A stretch of DNA of 62,991 bases, the filler included, from Folioceros fuciformis (lineage: Eukaryota), in NCBI GenBank assembly GCA_049999805.1. It is 5 parts of 5 records of this genome, joined end to end, with 100 filler letters (N's around TTAATTAATTAA, not from the genome) between each part and the next. Parts side by side here need not be neighbours in the genome. Positions count along the whole stretch, not along the records: positions 21,304 to 41,993 come from JBNGIO010001045.1; positions 42,094 to 47,072 come from JBNGIO010001046.1; positions 47,173 to 52,022 come from JBNGIO010001047.1; 2 more parts are not named here. One strand, 5' to 3'. The notes beneath the pieces are model-generated. The model was not told the origin of the DNA. It searched no databases and saw only the letters and a program-made list of their open reading frames with translations. The position numbers and the translations under genes are program-made. Below, piece after piece: positions 35,034 through 47,372 of this stretch (position 1 is the stretch's first letter; every line of letters begins with the position of its first letter).

Positions 35034-38000
35034 CTAACCTGTCCCTCCGGAGTCTCCATCCAAGAGTCCATACTTCCTCAGCATTTTAGCAATGTAGTCA
35101 CCCGCAAAGTACCCAGCTACTGCGCAGACTACTCCAGTAAACAAGAGATTCCTGAGAGTCGAGTAATATTCGAGCTTGTTGATGTACGCCTTAGCAGATC
35201 CAAGGAGAATAAGGGAGACAATGGCCGCTGCACATGTTGCATAGACTTTATAATCTCTATCATCGACTCCCCGGAATGAAAACCCGAAAGTAATTGGCAC
35301 CGCCATGCCAAAAATAATGAACGATAGAATAGCGATGAATCCATTTAGCAAGACATTCTTGCCGATTGTTGACCTGAATGTTTGTGTGTCAAGCGACCTC
35401 ACCTGCCAAGGAACACGAGGTTAAGGCAACCTGCGCAACAGAAGAACGGGAAGCAGGGACTGGGGTGAGAGAGGGCCAAACCTTGACAAAAAATGCGATC
35501 ATTCCTGCAAGAACGTTGGCGATGCCCATAGCAACAACGGTGACTGCGGGGGACAATAATGGTCAGTATGGATTGTACTAAATAATGTGACAAACCGGCA
35601 TGACGTGGGAAAGAATCAAGGAGCCTACTTGTTGCGGCTTCTCCGCCAGCTGCAGAGGCAACAACTCCAAGGCTGGTGACTGTTGAATCAAGGCCGCCAT
35701 AGACAATACTCTTTAAGATCTCTATACCATCTGAGGTGTCCTCTGTTGGTTGAAGGATTCCAGCTTGCGCTACATCAGTAACAGCTGCTCCACTTGCGGC
35801 AGAGAAATCAGAGCCCTGTACTGGAACTGACACCTCATCGGGCCTCACAACAACTGTTGTCTTTGGTATGAGAGGAACTCGAAGGTCACTGGTCCCGTTA
35901 CCTGCAAGAAGCATAAGCACACAGTGAGAGACAAGGCAGCAAGTGCGTGCGACCTTGCAGATCAAGGGGCTGTCTGAAAGACCTGGAGATGGTGAGAACC
36001 ATGAGAAACTTGGCACTGGGAGGCAATCGCCCTGTGCTTGCTTTCCAAAAACGGCCTCCTCTGATGGCTCGCTCACAGGAACAGCTACAGGAACTGCTAC
36101 AGGAACCGTCACAGGGACTGCCACAGGAACTGTCACAGAAACCGTCACAGGGACTGCCACAGGAACTGTCACAGGGACTGCCACAGCTTGGGAGATGGAG
36201 ATGGTCGGAGGAGGTTGGACAGATGTCTGCTCAGAAACCGGTGGTTTGTCCGCAACTGCGCATCGACGACCTTGTGATTAGTCGCATTTCATTCTTTCAC
36301 ATCCCAATCCACCATTCACTGCTTGATGACAGACAAGGGGGTAAAAGAAGAGAGAATGTAAACATCAAAGAAGAAATCTCACATGTACTGATCGCCAATG
36401 GAGGTTTCCAATGAGTTGGCCACTTTGCAACAAGATTGTCTTTTGCTTCTGTCGTCCAGAAGTCTACTGGATCCTGCCCGGAACTCACCATACCTGCCTT
36501 TATACGTCCCCACAGTTCCTTGCCCTTTCTAGAGGGCTTCTTGCCAATAACAAGGTCTCTTGGTACTATCGACGTGGATGCTTCACCTTCAGGCTGTGCC
36601 ACTACTGTTGTTGCAACCTTCCCATAACGGTTAGGATCAGGCCACTCTGCAACGATGTTCCACGGAAGAACAAAGTGAAAATCTTGCAGGTTTAGATTTC
36701 TGAATAGTCCAAGCAGCTCATAACTTCAGATCGTCCCTGAGCCCACTAAACATATTCAAACACTCATCCCTACATGCAGGGACGATCAGACATGCCTTCG
36801 GAACGGTTAAAGACTTTTATTCCATTACACCCGCATCTTGATTCCAAGCATGGCAGGTCACAATTTTAAATGAATTTATGCTCAACAAACCTGGATACTT
36901 TTCTTTCCTTTCCTTTGATTCATACAAAGCACACAGCATTCTTAAGTAACAATCTTCGATACGATCAACACAGCATCTTCCCAGAATGACCTCATTGCAA
37001 CATGCTTCTCGTATGTTCACCTGGTACGTCTGCCGGCACAAAATCAAGCCTTGTGAAGGTGGGAGGCAGGAATTCGAAACACCCGCAGCAATCATTTTCC
37101 TCCACAGGATGCACTGTGGGCAGTGGCCAATCTGAAGGCACGCAATCAACCACATGCCTGAATTAGACGACTGTAGAGAGTGAGCGATGCCTGTGACCAA
37201 GGACAAGAACACTGCGTGCGAAGTAACTCACCCTCTGTTTTCCACGACGCAGGCGGGCCAAAGCTTTTGAGAGTAGGAGGGAGGCAATCCAGACAACTGA
37301 CATGTTCTTCAATAGATGACGCCGCCACTGCACAGAAATACGCTGATGCGTCAGGTTAACATTCGAGATGCACGGTATGTAGAAGACCACCAGCCTGTCC
37401 TTGACCCCTCGCATTAGTCTAGAAGAGACATCCTTTTCAATTTTCCCCGTTAAGCTGACCTGGCCGTGGCTCCTGCTGCCGTGGGGACGGAAGGTCCAAG
37501 CTTAATAAAGTGGCAGGAAGGCAGCTCAAGCAGGAAACCCTGGTTTCAACAGCGTCACTTGGTTGATGGACACGGACTCCCACAAGTTCAGGCTCTGCCA
37601 TACACAAGTCGCTGGCTGAGACTTAAAAGAAACGCTAAAGCCAGCCTAAGACTAAGTTCCAAACTATCTGCACTGTTCACCTTCAGGTGGGACATCCCAG
37701 CTTGTCAGAGTAGCTGGAAGGCAGCTTAAGCAAGAGACCTTCTCCAATGGTACCTGATCGTCTGGAGGGTCTGCACAACAACGAGTCATAAGTCAACAAT
37801 GACACGACGGTGGTAAGGAAAGGATCACCATTTCCTCACTTACAATACACAGGCAAAACAGGTTGATAACTTTAATCTCACCCAATTAAAGGATCGATTC
37901 GTTCCTAATTCATACAAGCTATAGCAGAACTAAACACTGGCAGCCTTAAATCCGCACTTACAAGCAGGTAGAGGGAGGTCTCTGCTCAAGGCTGCAGGAG

Positions 38001-41000
38001 GAAGGCCCGAGCTTGGTGCAGTAGCCGGTACGCGGCTCAAGCTGGAGGCTTTCTCCTCTTTGGCGTACTGCCTCGAAGTATCTGCACAAGACAGGACATC
38101 GCGATGTTAATAGTGAGAGGCCTGAATGCTGCTAAACTGTTGACACTATCCAGTCACTGCATGTTGGAACCGCAGCATAGTAGAAACACAGTGACGCAGT
38201 CTTTTCACAACAGTATTGCAAATCAAGCCAGAACCAGCATATAAAATGGCAACAGACAACAGTTAGGTACCTTTGTACTCGAACGAATTGTGGAACTCGA
38301 CTTGAGGAGGAAGGTCCAGGCTGATGAGTGTAGATGGAAGGCAGCTCAGCCATGATGCCTCCTCCGCTTCGTCAGCGACAACCACCACTGGAGTGATGAC
38401 GGCAGGGGGCTCCACAACCTCCTCGATTTCACTACTCGGTGCCACAGGTTTCGGACGAAATTCGATACTGATGATGGGAGCTTCCTGTTGTGGATCCTGA
38501 GTTCGTTCCTGTGGACTGCTTTCTGGTGGAGTGTGGACTTGTAAGTCGAGGCTTGTCAGAGTAGCTGGCAAACAGCTAAACCACGACGCCCTTTCGCCAT
38601 CGTCCACCTCCGGGACTGGAACTTCTGCAGAGGCGACTGACCACAGTACGACTGAGGGGTTCAGTATCTTATGTCTCCATCGAGTAAGTGCGGATTGCTC
38701 CGACGAATCCCAGGAAGGTACTGCAAAGCCAAAGCTTGCAGTAACCAACCACATGCTGAAGTCTGGACTCCAAGCTTGAGAAGAGAGTAACCAGGACACA
38801 GGCTCCTACCTTTTGCACGCTTTCTTTCGACATCTTCGGGAAGGTCAAGACTTGTTAGCGTGGCCGGGAGGAAACTCAGGCAGGAAGTCTTTTCCCCTTC
38901 ACCTTCCGGGGCATGGTCCACAACATCAGTCACAGGCCCAACTACATCCACCTGGCCAACCGGATCCGCTTCGGGCTCTGTTTGATCATTTGTGGAGTAA
39001 GAAAGGCTACAAGGGCGCCTGGACTGTGAGTGCGCGTCAATAGGTGCTCACCTGGAAGAGCATCAGTCGGTCTCCACTTGAAAGGGGGAAATAGGAGAGG
39101 AAGGCAGGCCGACGAACTTCTAGAGACGTTTGCATTGTCAACCGGCTGCTCTGCAGCTACCGACTGTCCCCCTGTTGCATGCAATGACGTTGGTACTTCA
39201 CGTCCATCTCCGGAAAGACGTTGCAGCACGGACACACGGGCTCATACACAGGCAGAAGGAGGACTTACATCGGGGGATGAAGATGGTGAAGCAGGATAGA
39301 CATCCCCAGAAACTTGCCTTGTCAGTCACAGGTGGCTCTGGAATTTGTGCTGGGGCTTCTTCTTCTTCTTGAGCTGAGCCGGAATCATACTCCTGCACCC
39401 AGGTGTCCTGGGAAACTCGAGAAAACCTTTTCCGCTTGCGAAGGATGACTCTGTGAGTCACATTGTGCCTGCAGAAGGGGCATATGAGGTCGTGGGTTCT
39501 CTGAGTCCGAATGACCCTCTCCACCTCATATGCTTCGACGTCTCTTGAGGAGCTGGCTTCATCCGTCCAGCTCGGGTGATCACGAGGGCTTTCCACGATA
39601 TAGGAAGAACTATCTAGGGAGGAGTTCTTCAATGGGGTACGACTGACGTGTCCCTTGTAAGGGCCTTCAGCTGTCAGCTCCCCATCCTCCTTCTGTTCAA
39701 GCCCTGTGGGCTGATCGACGGCACCACCACCAGTGGTGCTTGCTTCCACTGGAACGACCCGTGAAATCGCTAGCTCATCTTCCGCTGACTCTGGCAATGC
39801 TTCATCCGCAGGAATGTGTTTTGCATCAGCAAAATCGCATCCCTCAGAAACGAAGTCAAACTCAGCCTGCTTTGGCGATGGATCTGCAGCCATTGCCTCA
39901 AGTTCAGGCTCTGAAAGCTGCACTTCCTGACCAACTCCCGTGTCTTCCTTTCTGCCTAAATCCCCAGGAGTCAGAGTGCCGTGAGCCCACGTTTCCCCAT
40001 GTGTACTTCCTTCGGAGCCATGTCCTCTTGCAGACGATGACGATGACGAGGAGGACGCAGATGAAGACGACGTCGAAAAGTGAGGTGACGATGGATATGA
40101 AACGGTTCCCGCAGCAGCCGGATCATGCCCAAATCCTTCAAGCTTTTCGTGTTCATCCAGATACAGGCGCCTCCCAGGGTGAAAAGTATTCCTGATGCCA
40201 AGTGCCAAGACGGCATCACCATGTTTCCCTTCACCTTGTGGGGACGGAAGATCCCCCGAGCTGTCCTCCGTGTTAGTGCCCTCGGCATCTAAGTCAGGCT
40301 CCACACTTGCAGCCGCATCACGCTTAGGTCCTTGATGTTTCTCGTGTTCATCCAGGTGCAGGCGCCTCCCAGGGTGATACGTGTTCCTGACGCCAAGTGC
40401 TAAGACGACATCACCTTCTTTCCCGTCACCTTGTGGGGATGGAAGATCCCCCGAGCTGTCCTGCGTGTTAGTACCCTCGACAACTAAGTCCGGATCACGC
40501 TGAGGTCCTTGATGCTTCTCGTGTTCATCCAGGTGCAGGCGCCTCCCAGGGTAATACGTGTTCCTGACGCCAAGTGCCAAGACGACATCACCATGTTTCC
40601 CATCACCTTGTGGAGATGGAAGATCCCCCGAGCTGCCCTCCGTGTTAGTGCCCTCGACATCTAAGTCCGGCTCGACATTTGCAGCCGGATCACGCTCAGG
40701 TCCTTGATGCTTCTCGTGTTCATCCAGATGCAGGCGCCTCCCAGGGTGATACGTGTTCCTGACGCCAAGTGCCAAGACGACATCACCATGTTTCTCATCA
40801 CCTTCTGGGGATGGCACATCCCCCGGGCTGTCCTCCGTGCTAGTGCCCTCAGCATCTAGGTCCGGCTGGACACTTGCAGCAGGATCAAGCTCAGATCCTT
40901 CGTGCTTCTCGTGTTCATCCAGGTGCAGGCGCCTCCCAGGGTAATACGTATCCCTGACGCCAAGCGCCAAATGGACATCACCGTGCTTCCCATGGCCATT

Positions 41001-41993
41001 GGGGCGCAGCTGATTCCCAGAACCGTCCTCCATGTTACTACCCTCTATATTCAGCTCTGTCTTGACATCTACAGCCGGATCATGCTCAGAGCCTTCATGC
41101 TCGTCGTGTTCATCCGGATAGAGGCGCCTCCCAACGCGATAGGAACCCCTGACGCCAATTGCCCAATGGGCATCACCATGTTTCCCGTCACCTTTCGGGG
41201 ACAGCAGATGGCCGGGGCTGTCCTCCGTCTTGCCACCCTCGATATCAAGCCCTGGCTCCACGTCCGCAGCCGGATGGTGCCCAGCACCTTCACGCTTGTA
41301 CTGTTCATCCAAATGCGGGCGCCTCCCAGGATGATCAGTATTCTGGAGGTCAAGTTCCACTTCAACATCGTCACATTTCCCATCACTGCCCTTCTGTGCG
41401 AGAAGATCTCTGGAGCTGTCCTCCATTTTACTACCCTTGAAATCTAGTTCCGGCTGAACATCTGCATCGACACAAAGCACACTCTCCTTGTAAGCAACAA
41501 GCTCCTCACCAAGGAAAAGTGATGACAATTGCATCGTAGCTTCAAATTCCGGAAGCAGCCAAACCCACCTTGACTGATTCCCTCCCCTTCCAGCCACAAA
41601 GAGACACCGGCTGTCTCCTCACAATGCTCCTCGTGCTTCAGCAGCTGACTGGAACTCACGAGATGACCAGAAGGGGCCCAAGCGCAGCAACTGCAAGCGC
41701 ACTCACCTGCAGCCACGAATTGGAAGACACACAACCCACGGCGCCCTCAGCCCGCGTAAAACACAACCTCCAGCTGCGGCCGCAGCCGGTCGCAATCATA
41801 CCTGTCTCGCCAGGTCCAGCGCTCTGATCTGGCTGGCCTACCCCCGCCCTACGACGATGGCGGATGTAAGCTTCTACGTCGGCAGCATCCTCAAGGCCAT
41901 CAACATGCGAAGACGAATCACTTGTGGGCGACAGAATCGGGGAATGCATCTGCTTCCCCGCTTCCCCCACCCCGACATCCTCCCCTCCCCACC
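35034..41993 (-). CDS. MEBL: Membrane-of-ER-body-like protein (MEBL; C-terminal VIT1/CCC1 domain) with a greatly expanded repetitive N-terminal half. The 5' end runs into the gap (alternative ATG at 41949).
   Basis: YEVERVIRTQRTHDLICPFCRHNVTHRVILRKRKR and FWGCLSCFTIFIP are typical MEB-family motifs. EILKSIVYGGLDSTVTSLGVVASAAG and ILSFIIFGMAVPITFGFSF..LLGSAKAY form the VIT1-like TM domain. Confidence 0.88.
36074..36187 (-). repeat. Coding 12-bp minisatellite in MEBL, encoding (A/T)VPV repeats
   Basis: ACAGGRACYGYC units translate on the minus strand to AVPVTVPVAVPVTVSVTVPVAVPVTVPVAVPVAVPV. Confidence 0.9.
37021..39171 (-). repeat. Array of eight symmetric phase 1-1 exons carrying repeated SCLPxTLxSLDL-like modules within MEBL
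   Basis: Exons 39052-39171, 38810-38977, 38271-38624, 37962-38081, 37681-37770, 37460-37594, 37232-37327 and 37021-37113. All have AG/GT flanks and lengths divisible by 3. Confidence 0.8.
40110..41461 (-). repeat. Coding tandem repeat in MEBL: 7 units of ~195 bp (65 aa)
   Basis: The GGCGCCTCCCA anchor (GRRL codons) recurs seven times at ~195-bp spacing, with one 177-bp spacing. Confidence 0.95.
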
Positions 41994-42093
41994 NNNNNNN
42001 NNNNNNNNNNNNNNNNNNNNNNNNNNNNNNNNNNNNNTTAATTAATTAANNNNNNNNNNNNNNNNNNNNNNNNNNNNNNNNNNNNNNNNNNNN
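41994..42093. other. Assembly gap spacer
   Basis: N run with TTAATTAATTAA. Confidence 0.98.
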
Positions 42094-45000
42094 CCTTGTG
42101 TCACAACATATTGTCGTCTTACGCGTTGAAGACAAGTTCACGAAAGATGGCAGGCGCTTCTAGCTCCGGGTCCGGGTTTGGTCCAGGTGCGGGGCCCTTT
42201 GGGTCACCATCACGGCAAGGATCCAGACCCCCGTCACCACCTTTGGGCGTGCCGATGGGCAGTCCACCACCCACCTCACCTCCTAGCGGTCCAGCCGGCC
42301 CTATTCCACCTCAACCAACAGTAGGCCTCCAACCTTACTTCAATATCGTTAACATCAACACTGATTTTAAGGAAAAGGATAGATTTAACGGCACGAAGTT
42401 TGAAGTGTGGTCTAAGCGCATGAAGACTGCCCTCAACACAAGGGATCTTCTCCCAATTGTTGAAGGAACTTTTCCCAAGCTCATCGGTAATCCGGTTGCC
42501 CTTGACGCTTGGGTTCGTCAAGATCGTCAAGCCATGCAGATGTTGATCTCTGGCCTTGACGAGGTTACATTACACCACACGGATGGTGCGTCCACATCAG
42601 CAGAAGCTTGGAAGCAAATCACTGATATCTATCAATCTACTAACGTTATGACGTTGGTCACAGTACGTCTAGAGTTTTACTCTCTGCGTATGGGTCATAA
42701 TGATAGCGTTGCTCAACACGTTAGCAAGTTTAGATATCTACGGGCTCAGCTTGCTGCTCTAGGGACAACCATCACAGAATTTGAAGCGGCTGTTCAGTTA
42801 TTGGCTAGCCTCCCTGCTAGCTACCAGACCTTTGTCTCCTCACAAAACCAAACGGTGAGAAATGCACATCATGCTGTGCAGTTGGGTATGGTACCCAACA
42901 TCACCGTGTCCGAGATAGCTGGAGCTCTCCTTCAAGAGGAGGCTGCCAGGTTCAATGTCGGGACTTCAAAACACGGAGGAGACCGGGTCATGTTCGTCGC
43001 CAAAGGACGTCAACAACAGCGTAAGAATTCTACAAAACCTAAACACAGGAACAATTCACAAGGTTCCGACAAGCCTGCTCCCTCGGCTGGCTCCTCTTCC
43101 AAGACCACGAAGCGACAAGGCACGTGCAATTGGTGCCAAACGCCCGGTCATTGGGAAAGGGAGTGCAGGAAGAAGCAAGCTGGTGAGGCCAAGCGAGAGC
43201 CTCGTACTGCCAACTCGGCTACTGTCTCGACTAAGGCCAAGAATCCTTCTCAACCTGGAATTGCTCTCACCGTGTGTCTTGTGGCATTTGAGTACAGGCA
43301 GTCCTGGCTGCTTGATTCTGCTGCGTCCGCGCACATCTGTAGTCACAAGACCATGTTTACCACGTATGAGGCGGCTGCTGACACTCAGCGCTTCGTACTT
43401 CTTGGAGATGATTCTGGCCTCTCCATTGCGGGGATTGGGTCTGTTTCCTTCACTCTGGCTGACGGATCCCACATGATGCTTACTAATGTTTTACATGTTC
43501 CCCAGATGGCCAAGAATCTCATCTCTGTTCGACAGCTTGTCAAGGACGGCTCCTTTCGCCTAGAGTTTGGTTCAGGCGATTGTCTTCTATATCGATCTTC
43601 TAACCCTCGTTTGGTTGTTGCTAGAGGACGTCCGCGTCATGACTTGTATGTCTTCACAGGTCAGCCCGTGCTTCCAGCGGCTACCTCCCTGGCGGTTCCC
43701 TCACATGGAGACCAGCCTTCAAGGAGATCCCACCCAGGTGATGCTCTCCTTTGGCATTGTCGGCTTGGACATCTCAATCCAGCCCGGCTTCTGGCCACGA
43801 CTTAGCAGGATCTGTATCGTGATAAGCTTCCACGAATTTCTTCAACACCTCCTCTTTGCGAGGCTTGTGTGCTTGCTAAACAGCGAAGTTCTCCTTATCC
43901 TTCTCTTCCTGCTAGTCGGACCACTGCGCCTCTTGATTTGGTCCACGTAGACCTATGTGGTCCTCTCCCTGTTGCGTCTTTAGGCGGGGCTAACCACTTT
44001 ATGACTATTGTTGATGACTTCAGTCGATATACGTTTGCGTTTCCCATCCGTCTTAAGAGTGACTCGTTTAATGTGTTCTCACCCTTTGTTGCTATGGCCA
44101 AGTTACAGACTGGTCGTAAACTTCGATGTATTCGATCCGACAATGCGGGAGAACTCAACAACCATCAGTTTCGTGACTTCTGCGAGGAGCGTGGTGTCTT
44201 GCGACAGTTTACTGTACCATACACCTCCAAGCAGAATGGCGTGGCCGAAAAGGCTAACGGCGATTTGATGTCCATGGCTCGTGCCATGCTGACTCAGTCT
44301 CAGCTGCCCAAGTCCTATTGGGCTGAGGCTGTGTCTACTGCGGCATACATTAAGAATAGGGTCCTTACTAAGGCGGTTTCAGGCCGTACACCCTACGAGT
44401 GTTGGCACGGGAGCAAGCCTCTAATCTCACATCTTCGTGTTTTTGGTTGCCCTGCTTATGCCTTTGTCCCTTCACAGCACCGTGACAAGCTTGATGCTCG
44501 TGCTCGGAAGCTGGTCTTTGTCGGCTATGGTGATGATCGCAAAGCCTACAAGCTCGTGGACATGGCCACTCGGAATCTAATCTATGCGCGCACAGTCACC
44601 TTTGATGAAGCCAAGATAGTGCCTGCCCTCCGAACATCCTTGGAGATTCCTCCTGGCATCCTTGATGGTGCTTCCTCTGGCTCGAGCACTCCTTGCTCCC
44701 TTGGTGACATCACTATTGACCACCATGTTTAACCTTTTACCTTTCCCACTGATGCGCCTCCTACTCCTCCTATGGCTCCTATCCCTCAAGCAGGTCCTGT
44801 GCTGCCAGTTGCTGGTCATGTTCCTCACATGCAGCCTGCTCCTACGCCCATCGTTCCTGCTAGAGAGGGGGACATGGAGATAGACCACGAGGCTGTAGTC
44901 GAGGACCCTCCTATGGAACAAGGTGATGTTGAACATGTTGCCCTTGATCACATAGTGTACCATGATCTTCCTTCAGCACCCGTCACTCCTCCGTCCCCTC

Positions 45001-47072
45001 TTAGGCCACCAGTTGCTCCCGAGCGTAGATACCCTACTCGAGTGCAACAGCCTAGACATCTTTGGAAGGACCTACCATTTGACATTGAGTTTAATCAAGC
45101 TCATCTAACTTATGGTGATTTTATGGATTTCCCCTATGCCTTAAGTGTCGCTGCTGCAGAGGGAGATCCTTTAACCTTACAGGAGGCTTACTCAAGACCT
45201 GAGGCAGCTAAATGGAAGCTGGCTGTCGATGATGAGTATAACTCATTAATCAAAAACAATACCTGGTCTCTTGTTAGCCTGCCCAAGGGTAGATCGACCG
45301 TCAAATGCAAATGGGTTCTTAAGACTAAGTTTCAGGAAGTTGAGCCTAGAATCCGCTACAAAGCGAGATTAGTGGCTAAGGGGTATAGTCAAAAAGAGGG
45401 AGTTGATTATCAAGGCGATAAGGTTTACTCACCCGTAGTTAAAGCTGCATCCGTGAGGATGCTCCTTGCATTATGTGCTGAACTAAACTTAGAAATTTAT
45501 CAGCTAGATGTGTGCACGGCCTTTCTCTATGGTCATCTACAGGAAGAGATTTACATGGATCAACCTGAGGGCTATGAAGACAAGGCATGCCCACACAAGG
45601 TGTGTAAACTCAACCGCTCTATCTATGGACTCAAGCAGAGCCCACGCTTGTGGTATGAGAGGATGGACTCTTACCTTAAGAAAATAGGATTTGTCCAAAG
45701 CAAAGCTGATACTAATATCTATGTGCTGCGCAAGGATAGCTCACTTGTTCTAGTCGCTCTCTATGTTGATGACTTGGTCATTCCAGGGAACAACGTAGAC
45801 CTAGTCAACAAGATTAAGGCTGACCTCAGCAGGGAATTCGAAATGAAGGACCTAGGAAAGGTTAAGTATATCCTTGGCATGCATGTACATAGAGATAGTA
45901 CAGGCACTATTTACCTACACCAGGGTAGATACGTAGCTGGTATGCTCAAACGCTTCAACATGGAGAATGCAAGGGCGTCAACAACACCAGGTGCCTTTGG
46001 CGTCAAGCTTTCTTCTGCCTCATGTCCACAGTCTGAAGAAGAAAAGAAAGAGATGGAGAATATCCCTTACCGTATGGCCGTAGGTACTCTTATGTTCTTG
46101 AGTAATCAAACAAGGCCTGATATCTCCAATTCCGTAAACGCAGTTGCTCAGTTCTCTGAGAACCCAGGAAAGGATCACTGGGTAGCCCTCAAGCGTATCA
46201 TGAGGTACCTCAAGGGTACCCCCAATTATGGTCTTTGCTATAAACCCAGCGGAAAGAAGCGTCTCCAACTCACCTGCTATGTAGATGCAGATTGGGCTTC
46301 AGACGTTGATACCCGCAAAAGTATATCAGCCTTTTGTTTCCTAGCCAGCTCTTCCGTAGTTAACTGGTCTTGTAGAAAACAAGCAGCCATCTCTTTATCT
46401 TCAACAGAATCAGAGTATAAGGCTCTTACCGAAGCTACAAAGGAGGCTGAATGGGAAAGGAAGCTTTGCGAAGACTTGGGTATGAAGCAAGAAGGGCCAA
46501 CTATCTTGCATTGTGATAACATGTCCGCGATTGCTTTGGTTGCTAACCCCGTCTTTCATGCACGCACCAAACATATAGAGATACAACATCACTATATAAG
46601 GGATGCTGCTGAGCGAGGTATCGTCAAGGTTCAGTATATACCTACTGACGACAACACAGCAGATGTACTAACCAAGTCCTTGCCCAAGTTTAAACACTCT
46701 TACCACCGAGAAGGGCTTGGGTTGGTGGATTGTAGTACTTACATGACACCAGATAAGTCACTCATATGGTAGGACCTTACACTACACCTTTATTCCGTCA
46801 CTTGGGTTGATGTTTCAGACCAGATAACATGCTTCTCTTCTGGTGTCTGGAGTGGTGTTCTACTTTGAGAGTTTCTGTAGACTACAGACTCTGCAAGAGT
46901 GAGGACGACCGACTCTTGGTGACAGCCGATTTGAAGATGTTTGAAGCTTGGCGTCAACGGCGGTGATCTCCGTTTGTACATAGGAGCTCTCAGTTCACAG
47001 CAACCAGCACGTGTCTGAGAGGGAGAGTTAGAATATAAGGCAGACCACGTGGTTCTGTATCACGTTGGTTAG
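42094..47072 (+). mobile_element. Ty1/copia LTR retrotransposon, LTRs truncated by gaps
   Basis: Gag with zinc knuckle CNWCQTPGHWEREC; protease WLLDSAASAH; LWHCRLGH; integrase VHVDLCGP/RSDNAGE/QNGVAE; RT YKARLVAKG, YGLKQSPR, LYVDD; RNase H YVDADWA. The PR-INT-RT-RH order is that of copia. Polypurine tract at 47017-47027. Confidence 0.97.
42147..46772 (+). pseudogene. Copia gag-pol polyprotein with two in-frame premature stops (TAG 43803-43805; TAA 44730-44732)
   Basis: The three ORF-track pieces lie in the same frame, and copia homology continues across both stops without a frameshift. Confidence 0.9.
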
Positions 47073-47172
47073 NNNNNNNNNNNNNNNNNNNNNNNNNNNN
47101 NNNNNNNNNNNNNNNNTTAATTAATTAANNNNNNNNNNNNNNNNNNNNNNNNNNNNNNNNNNNNNNNNNNNN
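47073..47172. other. Assembly gap spacer
   Basis: N run with TTAATTAATTAA. Confidence 0.98.
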
Positions 47173-47372
47173 GCCTTGTCCACAAAGCATTGCATTGCTT
47201 GCTGCCTTGTCCACAAAGCATTGCATTGCTTGCTGCCTTGTCCACAAAGCATTGCATTGCTTGCTGCCTTGTCCACAAAGCATTGCATTGCTTGCTGCCT
47301 TGTCCACAAAGCATTGCATTGCTTGCTGCCTTGTCCACAAAGCATTGCATTGCTTGCTGCCTTGTCCACAAA
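47173..47372. repeat. Perfect 31-bp minisatellite, ~6.4 copies, abutting the gap
   Basis: GCCTTGTCCACAAAGCATTGCATTGCTTGCT repeated without spacers. Confidence 0.97.

Noticed and set aside
43803..43811. Programmed stop-codon readthrough in copia
   Set aside because: The context TAG-CAG-GAT does not fit CAR-YYA. The stop lies inside the pre-integrase region rather than at the gag/pol boundary, and a second stop follows.
47173..47372. CRISPR-like 31-bp repeats
   Set aside because: The units are contiguous with no spacers, there are no cas genes and the context is eukaryotic. This is a minisatellite, and the ORFs across it are artefacts.
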